Below, piece by piece: positions 23,897 to 37,908 of a stretch of 64,000 nt of DNA. How positions within the stretch are numbered: position 1 is the first letter of the stretch; each line of letters begins with the position of its first letter. Below the pieces are notes generated by a model that did no database searches, had not been told where the DNA came from, and saw nothing but the letters and a program-made list of their open reading frames with translations. The stretch spans positions 32,562,464 to 32,626,463 of the forward strand of contig NC_043011.1 in assembly GCF_006345805.1 (NCBI RefSeq). Reading direction: 5' to 3'. Made by a program: the position numbers and the translations under genes. This stretch comes from Octopus sinensis (taxonomy: Eukaryota).

Positions 23897-24146
23897 TACA
23901 TTATTTACATTATTTACATTTGACGGATATTTGTCCTCATCTTGTTTCTTGTTAACACAAATTTCAGCTGATATACCCTCCAGCCTTCTTCAGGTGTCGG
24001 GGAAATTTCGAACCTGCGTTCTCATTCTTAAGGTATTCTTCGATGTTATTATTATTATTATAATTATTATTGTTCAGGTCACTGCTTGGAACCGAACTCG
24101 GAATCTTGGGGTTAGTAGCCCGCGCTCTTAACCACTACGCCATATG
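23897..24146 (-). mobile_element. tRNA-headed SINE-like element with hammerhead-like motif in its 3' part and (TGTAAATAA)n tail
   Basis: A-box TGGCGTAGTGG, B-box GAGTTCGGTTCC, (AAT)n linker, then ACAC CTGAAGA A GGCTG-loop-CAGCT GAAA TTT GTGT (23955-23997). Confidence 0.7.
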
Positions 24147-24779
24147 TCTCTGGTATTTGTTTGCGTTCTGCAATTTTTGGCGGGAAATGCTCCCAGCGAA
24201 ATTAAAATGTTTACACTAATGTACCCTTAAAGACGAGCCCCCTTTGTTTTTGCTTTTTTGTTTTTGTTTTTGTTTTTTTGCCTTAAGATCAGCCCTTTTT
24301 CCTAAAAATACAATCTAGATATTAGAAACTGTCAAAAGAGAACAACTTTGTACCTTATTATAAACAAGATGGGAAAATAACGCCTTTCCAAAATGCAAAA
24401 CAAACAATACAAAAAAGAGACAGATATACAAAGGAAAACAGACAGATACAAATAAACAGAGGCACATATACGGATACACACACACGCACACGCACACGCA
24501 TATACACACACACACACACACGAAATACATAGACAGACAAAGACAAAATACATACGTATTATGCACATACATACGCACACGCCGTTCTAATAACGAACGC
24601 ATGGCTCACTTTGGTGAGGGAATCAATTAAGCTATGATCAAAGGTGAAACTCGCAATGTATTGGAAGATGAACCGTAATGATAACATTGATGAGGATCGT
24701 GATCAGGACCAACTAGTTGCGAAAGTGAACGACTGGAAATATCTACAGAACTGGTGATTATAGATATCAGTGTGTGTGT

Positions 24780-26831
<2,052 letters not shown>

Positions 26832-27136
26832 TATATGTATATGTTTGACATTTTGCTTACACGTGCACGTTATTTCCCGATTCTTATTCTTCCAGGCATG
26901 GAGAGGTTTCTCCAACGTGTTGATATAAAAAGGAGTCAGATTCTTCGGTTTAGAAGGGTTTTAGGAAATAGAAAACGCTGGAAATATTTTTCCAGGTTAA
27001 AGGCTTTGCGTGAAAAAAGCACATTAGGTGAAGCATTGAAATGCTACAAAGTAGTACTTCTCTAAAATCCGATTCCACACAGATAAAAGACTTTAAAATA
27101 AAGATCTATAATCAATGCATGTGTGTGTATGGTGTG

Positions 27137-27210
<74 letters not shown>

Positions 27211-27233
27211 TGTGCCTACACACGCACACGTAT

Positions 27234-27427
27234 TCGCCATGATAGATCGCTAGCCACTACACATTCTTTATTATCTTCTCTCCTTGTTTCTTTCTGTGTT
27301 CCTTTCTGTAGAAGATCGTAGGCTCGAAACGTTAAAGACTTTTTCACTTCCCGAGCGTTAAACTAATACATTTGTTTGTTGTTTACACCACCTGTCTTTC
27401 GTCTTTTGCTTTTGTGAATTCTCCCCC
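27234..27427 (+). mobile_element. Short non-autonomous element with degenerate hammerhead motif (27302-27337)
   Basis: CTTT CTGTAGA A GATC GTAG GCTC GAAAC GTT AAAG; flanked by (GT)n and (TA)n. Confidence 0.7.
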
Positions 27428-27429
27428 TG

Positions 27430-27503
<74 letters not shown>

Positions 27504-28007
27504 TTGTGTGTGTATGTGTATGTTTGTATATATACATTACATATGTATATATATATGTATATATATGTGTGTGTCTCTGTGTGTGTAAAAGATGGGTGTG
27601 GAACCCTTTTGTAGGTGAAGACTAGCTTACCCCACGCTGCCCCATTCAGGTGAAGCATACAGTGTTGTGACCTTGAGATACGCTTGCGACTCCGAGATAT
27701 CCGCTAACGATACCTGAAGGGTTTCCAGTATTACATTGTGTTTACAAGAGCTTGCAAAACCTTTGAGTGGCTCCTGTACTTTCTGCGTCCACGGTTTAAA
27801 GATAAGAGCTGCTAAATTTTTCTTGCTGTGAAGACACGAGTTTCTTGCTGTGAAGACACGAGTTTTTGCTGTGAAGACACGTGTTCCTTGCTGTTCACAA
27901 AGCATGCCGTCATAGCCTGGAGGTTTTCTAGATACACAAGCCAGGTTATAAAAGCCTGTATAGCTCCGTGTCTTCACAGCAAGAACTTATTAGTAGTTTT
28001 AATCTTT

Positions 28008-28333
28008 ATGCTGTGTATTTTTTGTTCTATTATTTGTTTCAGTCATTTGACTGTGGCCATGCTGGAGAACCGCTTTTAGTCGAGCAAATCGACTCCAGGA
28101 CTTATTCTTTGTAAGCCTAGTACTTATTCTATTTGCCGAACCGCTAGTTACAGGGATGTAAGCACACCAGCATCGGTTGTCAAGCGATGGTGGGAGAACA
28201 AACACAGACACACCACACAGAACACCAGACACCAACACACACACACACAACAACACACACACCACATATATATATATATTATATATATACGACGGGCTTC
28301 TTTCAGTTTCCGTCTGCCAAATCTACTCACAAG
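28008..28333 (-). mobile_element. SINE type A, head-truncated, followed by a plus-strand T2 tail fragment (about 28410-28485)
   Basis: Type A body; downstream gaaaccgggaaaccgggcccatagtttggctaggctttaaaagggcgc matches the tail of the 7756 element. Confidence 0.8.
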
Positions 28334-29941
28334 GTTCGATTGGCCAAATATCGATCGGTCAAAACGCATATCCTCTCCATTCAGTGTTATGTAGTCATAT
28401 CACTGAAGAAGAAGCTAGGGAACACACACGCCATTGAAACCGGGAAACCGGGCCCATAGTTTGGCTAGGCTTTAAAAGGGCGCATTTATATATATTATAT
28501 ATATATATATATATAATATATATATACTGCTAATATAGGATGAAGTTAGCTGCCATTTTATACAATTTTCGTTGATAATCTTAAAATCATCTCCTTGATT
28601 TTTGAGATATTAGTAGTAGACTTATTACTACTCGCTATAGGGACTGGTAACCACTATAACCTGTAGTGGAGAACAGTCAACACGTTGTGCTGAGGCTGAT
28701 CAAAGAATTTTTTTTTTTAGATATATCTGGGGTACTTATATGTACTTATGATTTTTGCTTCGGCTTTTTTCCATGGGCGCATGTAAGTATCTTATTTATA
28801 TCCTTTCGTATGTTCTACTGAAGAGGAAAGAATTTATTGTGAGATTAATTCCGAAATTGATTCAATATAGAAATAACGAACTTTTAAAAAAAATTCTTTC
28901 GGCCGGCTTTCCCGATTTCAGTTCTTCGTGCTTTTTTTCTGTAGCGAGTAAATAATATGTGGAAATTGACGATTTAAAAGTCTTTTATCAGCATATTGGC
29001 ATTGAAATAATTTTCTTTAGCCCTTATTTATAAGTTGTGTATATATATATACGACGAGCTGCCCACATAGTTTCAGTCTTCCAACTTCAACCATAGAACA
29101 TTGCTTGATTCAGAGATATAGTAGGAGACACTTGACTAAGGTGTCACACAGTGGGACTGAAACCATAACATGTGATTATAAAGCGAGCTTCTTAACCGCA
29201 CTACTATGGCTGCGTGGAATAATTTACATCACAGAGCAAACCCAGTCACAGAATTATTTTGATTGTAAGGAATGACTTTTATGAATTCATTATGAATTGT
29301 TGTGAACTTATTAAAATTATTTTAGCTGCCATTTTATACAATTTTCGTTGATAATTCTTTAAACCAGCTCCTTGATTTTTGAGATATTTTGGCGAAAATT
29401 CTACGCTTTGAGCTAAGAAATTTTCTGCATTTAGTTTATATTTCGTGTAATTCCTTTAACAAAAAAAAAAAAGAAGGGAAGAAAGCAAAAAAAAAAAAAA
29501 TTACTTAAAAGCTTTGAATAATATATTTTATCAGCAAAATTACTAATCGTTTCTGGAATTCGTACTATAAGAGAAAGAATTCAAAATTGCCCCGTTCTAT
29601 TAACAACAAATAAGTAAATAAAAGTTTGTATATTAGTTCGCCATTCTTAATGTGCATGAATCTACGTTCAAGAAAGAATAATGAGTGTACTACTTTATCA
29701 TTTTTTTGTTTCTGGTTTTTTCTTGCTTTGTTCCACCCCACCCCCCACTTTCCGTTAGTTCAATCTCTTCAGGGTATATCTTGTTTAACGACTTTGTTAA
29801 ACAGTTCGTCACCAGAAACGGTGTGAGAAAGGTCGTCGATGAAGCGGAAAACAGAATAGAAAATATATAACGTTTACTTTGTCTGAAGTAATTAGAATTG
29901 TTTTTTATTGAAGTTATTCATATAAGGCACGGAAGGGAATA

Positions 29942-30020
<79 letters not shown>

Positions 30021-30299
30021 TAATAATAATAATAATAATGAACGGTTGTTCCCTACGAGTGCCGCTTATCCCGCAATCCATGATTTTAAAATTAATTCTT
30101 TAAACCGTATTTAAGGCAACTTGAATTACAGTTCCTGATTAGATATTTCATAGATTCTTTTAATGAATTTCTGGAAGAAAAAAAATTGCGTAGTTTTATT
30201 CCTTATTCTAATTCGTGGATAAGCTGAAAATGTTTGCGTGTGTGTGTGTGTGTGTGCGCGCGTGTGCGCGTGTATGTGTGTGTGTGCGTGCATGTGCGT

Positions 30300-30330
<31 letters not shown>

Positions 30331-30503
30331 CTCTTCGCTTATCTCTTTCTCAGTTCCTCTCTGTCTCTCTATTACTACTTATCTCCATTCATGTCTCTTT
30401 CCTTTTCTCCTCCACTCTTTGTGCGTATATCCATAAATACGTAAACATTATCTATCCATCCATCCATCTATCTATCTATCTATCTTCTATCTATCTATCT
30501 ATC

Positions 30504-30540
<37 letters not shown>

Positions 30541-30572
30541 ACACTCACACACACAGACATATATAATATATA

Positions 30573-30650
<78 letters not shown>

Positions 30651-30722
30651 GTAGGTCCCGGGTTTCGTCGGGGTTAACCACAGTAAATAAGGTACTCAAT
30701 ACATAGCAGAGTAAATTAATTT

Positions 30723-30803
30723 ATTTTATAGAAGGAGCTTCTACAGGACTAGAACTGTTTCATTTGAATGAAACAGTTCTAGTCCTATAGAAGCTCCTTC
30801 TAT

Positions 30804-30808
<5 letters not shown>
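30723..30808. repeat. Near-perfect palindrome, 42-bp arms, 2-nt loop, within a (TA)n-embedded element
   Basis: Arms 30723-30764 and 30767-30808 differ at one position. Confidence 0.95.
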
Positions 30809-30846
<38 letters not shown>

Positions 30847-30911
30847 ATATATATAATATATATTATATATATAATATATATATATATATATATCTATACA
30901 TTATACATATA

Positions 30912-31065
30912 CTGTTGTGTCTGGGGAGAGTCATTCTCTTTAGTGCCTTATTATTTAACACAACGAAAATTTTAGAAAATAAAAATAACAAATATGTGGA
31001 AATTTTACCGGTGAGTGTGTTAAATATTAAGGCACTAAAAGGAATGACTCTCCCAGACACAACAG
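30912..31065. repeat. Fold-back element with inverted arms of about 49 bp and 55-bp spacer
   Basis: ctgttgtgtctggggagagtcattc...tttaacac (30912-30961) vs gtgttaaat...gactctcccagacacaacag (31017-31065). Confidence 0.9.
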
Positions 31066-31160
31066 AATATGCTTCAACACACAACTCACTCATAAAGAAT
31101 CTTGCAAACAAAATCCCAAAACGAAATATATACATATACATATATATATATGAATATATA

Positions 31161-31214
<54 letters not shown>

Positions 31215-31278
31215 GTGTATTCGTTTTATCCTTTTATTTGTTTCACCCATCTGACTGCGGCCATGCTGGCGCACCGCC

Positions 31279-31314
<36 letters not shown>

Positions 31315-31544
31315 AGCGTTACTAATTATGACAGAGGGTGCCAAAACTTCTTTTTGCAAGAAGTGTTTAAAACTCTTAATGCTGTATGAAGTGCACAATA
31401 TATAAACACTGACAAATATTGTGCGCTTTACTCAGCATTAAGAATTTTTAACTCTTATTTCTTGCTTTGGCACCATCATTCGCAACTAGTGACTATAAAA
31501 CTGTTCGTTTACGGCAATATATTGCGCCTAGCTGTTTATATATA

Positions 31545-31740
31545 TATATACGAAATGGGGCAAGAACGCAAAGCATACGGACAGTTAGGTGATACAAAAA
31601 TGGGACCGCAAAACATCCAGATAGACGATACAAAGAAAACAAGGACGGGTCATACGAAGTTTTCTTTCCTCAGTCAAGTACCAGATTATCTTCATAATTT
31701 CGGCGGATTTTATTTGAGATTGCTCCAATCTGGCCAGCCC
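31545..31740 (-). repeat. Dispersed (TA)n-embedded repeat related to 63225-63340 (+)
   Basis: Shared ttgactga(g/a)ga...cttcg(a/t)atg(a/t)cccgtcc(t/g)tgtt...tttgtatcgtct...gttttgcg. Confidence 0.6.
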
Positions 31741-31846
31741 CAATGAAAAACTAAGCAAAGAGCATCAGATTCCTTGAAAGAAAGTAGCGAATGCATACAA
31801 AAACAAAGACGGGGAAAAAACGGACAAAGTTATACAAATACAATAA

Positions 31847-31894
<48 letters not shown>

Positions 31895-32415
31895 GATATA
31901 ATATATATATATGCATACTTGGAAATGGATGCGTCGCTTTCAATTATATAATAATAATTAATATAATATATATACATGCATATATGGGTACAGATCACCA
32001 ACTGTACCCAAAAAACATGAAATTCGTAAACAAACGAGTTAAATACGTAAACAACGTGAAAAAAGTGGGAAACAGGATAAGTAAACACATAGAAAGACCT
32101 TTCATCAGTTGTCGGTCGTCTATCTACTCCTTATTTCGAGCATTCAACGACAATATGAGTCTTCAAAGAGAGTTGCTCCAGTAAATTCTTAAATACAATT
32201 TATGATTTATGGAGGGTCAAAGTTGAGAACAAAAACATGACAGTGGAAACATACAAAGAAACCGAACGAAAACAAACATGGAGGGTCGTCAGACCAGAAC
32301 GAGAGAAAAATAGTGAACGCTGGGAGAAAGTTTATGTCTATGTGTGTGTGTCTGAGGGCCATATTTATCTGGCTAATCCTTCTGTTTGTAATTTTTTTAT
32401 TCTTGCTCGTTATAG

Positions 32416-32491
<76 letters not shown>

Positions 32492-32865
32492 CACACGCAT
32501 ATATGTATCAATAATTTAAAAAATGAAACTTTAGCTTTGTTGTCAAATATAAACGATTAGGCAGAAAATTACGTAGAATACGTCTGAGTAGCTTCTAGTG
32601 TTTGTATTCATTCATCAGAGAACGAACATCTATTTAGTGTTCCACAGAAAAAAAATATATATTAGTTAACAGTTATTTAAAGTGTGTACAAATTCGATTG
32701 CAGCTGCGCTAGTTTGCCTTATTTGCATAACAGCACCAGCGCTTACACTGTAATTAAGTAATTCGAAATGCACTAGTATTCAATACATTAATCAACCAGG
32801 CTGTTATGCAAATTAGACAGGTCTGTTTAGTTGTAAACGATTTTATATACTCTAAGGAAATATAC

Positions 32866-33123
32866 GCGGAAGCGTGTGGCTTAGTGGTTAGGGATTGGAC
32901 TCATGATCGTAAAATTGCGGTTTCGATTTATGGACCTGGCGACACGTTGTGTTCTTGAGCAAAACACTTCATTTCATATTGCTCCAGTCCACTCAGATGG
33001 AAAAAAATGAGTAATCCTGTGACAGACCGGATTCCCGTCCAGTGGGGAGTATATACGCCATGGAAACGGGGAAACTGGCTCTTATGCGTCTATATGACTC
33101 GGAAAGGACCTTTGTCCTTTGTC
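32866..33123 (+). mobile_element. SINE with type D head and CORE-like centre plus tail T2
   Basis: 14-bp TSD ctaaggaaatatac at 32852-32865 and 33124-33137. Tail gagtaatcctgtgacagaccggattcccgtccag...gaaacggggaaactggc. Confidence 0.85.
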
Positions 33124-33127
33124 CTAA

Positions 33128-33480
33128 GGAAATATACTGAGATTATGGAACTATGCTAAAGCAATAGGTTACAAGCAAGGAGTGACCCACATCGGAGTGA
33201 GGTGCAGGGGCTTGTAGGCCAGTCCCCCTACAGAGCTTACAACATGCTTGTTATCACAGAGGCCAGTAGGCAGAAGGTCACCAAGTTGCCCGAGGAGGCA
33301 GCAGATGTTGCCTCAAGATGGCGATTAGAAGGTGTAAGCCCTGAAAGGGACTGTGCTAAATAGACAACTAGACAAAAGCTGGGGTTTGATCAACTCCACT
33401 GGGTCACATCGGAGAGTGTCTGATTTTGAAAGCCACGAAATACCTTACCACCCAGGGAAACATCACATGTTCAGGAAGAT
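33128..33480 (+). mobile_element. 3' fragment of HERO/NeSL-like RLE retrotransposon
   Basis: RKYTEIMELC*SNRLQARSDP / IGVRCRG / VGQS / YRAYNMLVITEASRQKVTKLPEEAADVASRW resembles the HERO C-terminus KY.ELV.EC...GW.A...PIEVGCRGF.GQSL (from recall). Confidence 0.65.
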
Positions 33481-33695
33481 TACAAGATGAAGTATGGAAC
33501 AAAAAAATAATCCTGAGAGCTATTAAATTTTACAGAGACAGAAGATGGCTATTTTTCTTCTTAGGTGACGTCCTACGAAGAAAAGAAACTAGTGATATCG
33601 ATCCCGAAGTTTTCTGTTCATGGAGCAAATATAAACACGCAAATAAAATCTATTTACTTTTCGCTACAAGGTTGAATATGGGCAAAGAGGAATAT

Positions 33696-33852
33696 GCGCA
33701 GGAGTGGCTGTGTGGTAAGTAGCTTGCTAACCAACCACATGGTTCCGGGTTCAGTCCCACTGCGTGGCATCTTGGGCAAGTGTCTTCTGCTATAGCCCCG
33801 GGCCGACCAATGCCTTGTGAGTGGATTTGGTTGACGGAAACTGAAAGAAGCC

Positions 33853-33887
<35 letters not shown>

Positions 33888-34094
33888 TTGTGTGTCTGTG
33901 TTTGTCCCCCTAGCATTGCTTGATGTGTTTACGTCCCCGTAACTTAGCGGTTCGGCAAAAGAGACCGATAGAATAAGTACTGGGCTTACAAAGAATAAGT
34001 CCCGGGGTCGATTTGCTCGACTAAAGGCGGTGCTCCAGCATGGCCGCAGTCAAATGACTGAAACAAGTAAAAGAGTAAAAGAGTAAAAGAGTAA
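33696..34094 (+). mobile_element. SINE type A, full length
   Basis: Consensus match with (AGTAAAAG)3 tail. Confidence 0.92.
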
Positions 34095-34149
34095 AGGCAT
34101 AAAAACATTTGAATTTCAAGAAGCATATTGTTCGGCAGTTAGTATATAT

Positions 34150-34352
34150 ACCCGAGCAAGCACATAAATGCAAAACAAGGTTGTAAAAATACCTAAGGTA
34201 GAGTAAAATGCTTTTATGAAAGATGTAAAATCTTCACAAAACTGTTACTCAGAGTTTCACGTTTCTCTTCGTCTCGGACGATTGTGACGAATACTGTCAG
34301 GCGAACGGGAACGTAAAACAGTTTTGTGAAGATCTTGTAGCTTTAATAAAAG
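34150..34352. mobile_element. Fold-back element with decayed hammerhead halves on both arms
   Basis: Inverted arms about 34211-34246 and 34316-34352. The minus strand reads ...GACGA...CGT GAA ACTC T GAGT A ACAG. Confidence 0.65.
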
Positions 34353-34465
34353 TATATGAGTGTGTGTGTATGAATGTACATACACACACATATATATATG
34401 TATATATATACATATATATACATGTATATATATGTGTATACATATATATATAATAAATATGTGTA

Positions 34466-34510
<45 letters not shown>

Positions 34511-34701
34511 CGGAGTAAACACATAAATGTGAAACAAGGTGGAAAAAAGAGTACTCAAATACCAGTGGTAGAGTAATATGCTTTATTTAAAGCAGCAGAA
34601 AATTCAACAGACAGTTTTTGCTAGGAAAAACTGTCTGATGAACGGCAACGAGAAACTCAGAGTAACAGATTTTGTTGAATTTTTTGCTGCTTTAAATAAA
34701 G
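34511..34701 (+). mobile_element. Fold-back element of the same family in (TA)n, carrying a near-intact hammerhead
   Basis: 29-bp inverted repeats at 34581-34609 and 34673-34701 (1 mismatch) enclose the hammerhead motif. Confidence 0.8.
34631..34668 (+). ncRNA. Type I hammerhead ribozyme motif (A-A mismatch at base of helix II; 1-nt loop III)
   Basis: CTGT CTGATGA ACG GCAA CGA GAA ACTC A GAGT A ACAG; GUA triplet, predicted cut after 34664. Confidence 0.7.
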
Positions 34702-34762
34702 TATATATATATACATATATATAATATATATGTTTAATAATATATGTATGTATATATTTTCC

Positions 34763-34800
<38 letters not shown>

Positions 34801-34884
34801 GAAAAATTATACATATATATAATAGATGATGAGTAAAGCACTATACAACAGTTATAAGAGATGATGGTAAAGCGCAGTTTAGGT

Positions 34885-34937
34885 TGATGTACCCGAAGAG
34901 AGCCAGAACGACGGGTCGAAACATGTGTCGTACTTCA
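34885..34937 (+). ncRNA. Type I hammerhead ribozyme motif with U4C change and GUC cleavage triplet
   Basis: TGAT-GTAC CCGAAGA GAGCC AGAACGAC GGGTC GAA ACA TG TGT C GTAC-TTCA; helix I 7 of 8 pairs, helix II 4 of 5 pairs. Confidence 0.6.
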
Positions 34938-35337
34938 TAAAATATTCCTATTTTATAAATGCTATTACGCACACATATATAGATAAATATACATACACAT
35001 ATACATACACATACATATACATACATATACATACATACGTATGTATGTATATATGCAGGCATGTATGTATGTATGTATGTATGTATGTATGTATGTATGT
35101 ATGTATGTAGGTATGTACAGGATTTGTGTAAGCTAACATTTCTTTGGCTGTATTCCTTTGAAGATGGGCGTTTGCGCCCAAAATATAAAAGTTTTTAAAA
35201 CTTTCTGCCATGTTAGAAGCCTTATTTATTTCTCATTCCATTTATTATTCTACTTCTGTGCTACAATGCTTCAAGCGAACAACAATGCTCTTTATAAAAT
35301 ATATGAGTTTCCCTTTTTCTATCTCTGTCTGATATTA

Positions 35338-35383
<46 letters not shown>

Positions 35384-35574
35384 TGCATAGATGCACGACA
35401 AGATTCTTACAGTTTCCCTCTACCAAATCTACTCACTAGGCAATAGTAGAATGATACTTGCTCAAGGTACCAAGGTACACTCAATGGTACCGAAGCCAAA
35501 ACCAAGCGGTAGGGAAACCTACGCCTATATATATATATATTATATTATATATATATATATATATATATTATTTA

Positions 35575-35619
<45 letters not shown>

Positions 35620-35687
35620 TGTATAATACATATATATATATATGTATGTATGTATGTATATATATATATATATATATAATATATATT

Positions 35688-35723
<36 letters not shown>

Positions 35724-35901
35724 CTGATAACGCACAGATACACACAGTCACCGATACACATACATATACACACAGGCTTAAATTCTCAGAAACACAAATT
35801 TAAGAGTATATATTATGAAACAAGAATGTACATTAGCATAAACATTCATGCCTGTGTGTGTGTATGAGGACATACGTGCATGTGTGAGTGTGTACACATA
35901 C

Positions 35902-35939
<38 letters not shown>

Positions 35940-35994
35940 GCACACACACACCACACACACACACACACACATACACATACATTCACACAGATTA

Positions 35995-36280
35995 TATCAG
36001 GCAACGAGCTGGCAGAATTGAAAGCCCGTCGCAAAATATGCAATGCGGTATTTCTTCCGGCTCTTTACGTCTCTAAGTTCGAATTCCGCCATAGTGAACT
36101 TTGCCTGTCATCCTTCGTAGGTCGATAAACAAAAAAAAAAAAACACAAAAGTATCGGTCAAGTGCTGAGGTCGTTGGAATCAACTAACCCCCCACCCCCA
36201 CCCCTGCTCATCCACTCTTCGGCTCCTCCGCTTCTCCACTCCTCGCACCAAATCTTTGACCTTGTGCCTGTGAAAGCAAT
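35995..36280 (+). mobile_element. Diverged SINE type C
   Basis: ggcaacgagctggcagaattg...aagttcgaattccgccatagtgaactttgcctgtcatccttcgtaggtcgat. Confidence 0.75.
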
Positions 36281-36406
36281 CATTAATATTGGTGTGATTG
36301 TGTGCTTTACGTGCAATATACACCGAGCGATATTCTCCACGTAAGCTGTTTAGCTGTTTACTGGAGATCACATAGGTTTTGGCATCTCTGTACATGATGC
36401 AAACAC

Positions 36407-36448
<42 letters not shown>

Positions 36449-36542
36449 CATAATCGTACCTTTGTTAATAAGATTACGCATACAAATATGTTATGTATGC
36501 ACGGTTGTGTAGATGCGCAAAAAAGCCAAAAGTACGTGCATG

Positions 36543-36595
<53 letters not shown>

Positions 36596-36602
36596 ATGTA
36601 TG

Positions 36603-36642
<40 letters not shown>

Positions 36643-36775
36643 TCTGTGTGTGTATACACACACGTATATGTGTGTGCGTGTGTGTATAATATATATATAT
36701 ATTGTATGTGTATGTATTAATAAGTATATATACGTATACACATATGTATATATTTGTATGTGTGAATGTATGTGC

Positions 36776-36806
<31 letters not shown>

Positions 36807-37796
36807 ATATATATATATATATACATACACACATACACATATACATACACACATGCACACGCACGCACACATACATATACACACTCTCTCTCTCACATAC
36901 TCTCTCTCACACACACACACACACACGCACAAACAAACACGCACGTATTTATGCGTTCATGCATGTATGTAAGCACAATGCCTATGTATACAATATTATG
37001 CCGTGCTATGGTATAATATTTACATCACACGTCTTTTACATGGGTGTATTAACAATGTTCTGTCATACCCTATTCTTTTGCATGCTGTTGGTGATTTTCT
37101 GCAATTTGCTCAACACACATCTCGTCGAGCCCACTACCCTGTTATTAGCTGACCCAAGGCCTCACACTATCGGTCCGGCTCTGTCATTTATTCTGTGCGA
37201 GGCTACGATCGGCGCTCTTCATTACCTTCTCCTCAAAGACGAGGCATGCGTAATAAAAAGGTCACCCTACAAAGAGAGTTGCTTTTATCTCAAGGAACCA
37301 AACCAAAGTTTTCCGGCTGTATTTATAATTATATGCACCGAAGTAAATGTGTTTACATTGAAAAATCTAGATAGACACGAGGTATTCGTTGTACAAACGA
37401 GAGAAAGAGACACAGAGAGAAGGTGGGGGAGAAGAAAGTGAAAGTAGGAGAAGAAGGGAGAGGAAGGAGCGTTCGATTAGCAAACTGTCGTTGCTGTGGC
37501 AACCGGAGGCTTGTTACTTAACGTAACATTCATTTGTCAATCTACTTATTCTTCTTATTCTTCTGTTCTTCCCTTGCTGCTGCTGACAGTGGATGGCGGA
37601 GGGAGAGAAAAAAGGGAGAGATTAGGGCGTGTAGGGAACAGGCTGAAGATTGAAAATGTTTATTATCGAGGGAAGAAGACGATGATCTTTTAAAATAGGT
37701 CAGACTCGTCTAATTAAACTTTCAGGAAGACACAGTAAAACGCAGTAAGGAAACCAAAGGATCGAGCAGAATAAATGTGTAAATCTCGTAGTTATT

Positions 37797-37857
<61 letters not shown>

Positions 37858-37908
37858 TGCTCGTTGTTGTTGTTGTTGTTGTTATAGCTCTGGGTCACAC
37901 TTGGGTAG

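Noticed and set aside
28546-29390. About 65-bp direct repeat at 28546 and 29323
   Set aside because: AT-rich and degenerate with no termini or TSD; likely fragments of an old repeat and not informative.
29770-29870. Possible small exon (GYILFNDFVKQFVTRNGVRK) after an acceptor-like tcttcag
   Set aside because: Weak donor, no recognisable homology and no neighbouring exons to support a gene.
36407-37039. N-terminal two-thirds of the 344-aa ORF and overlapping ORFs
   Set aside because: (TA)n/(TG)n read-through; only the unique 3' part is kept as a low-interest finding.
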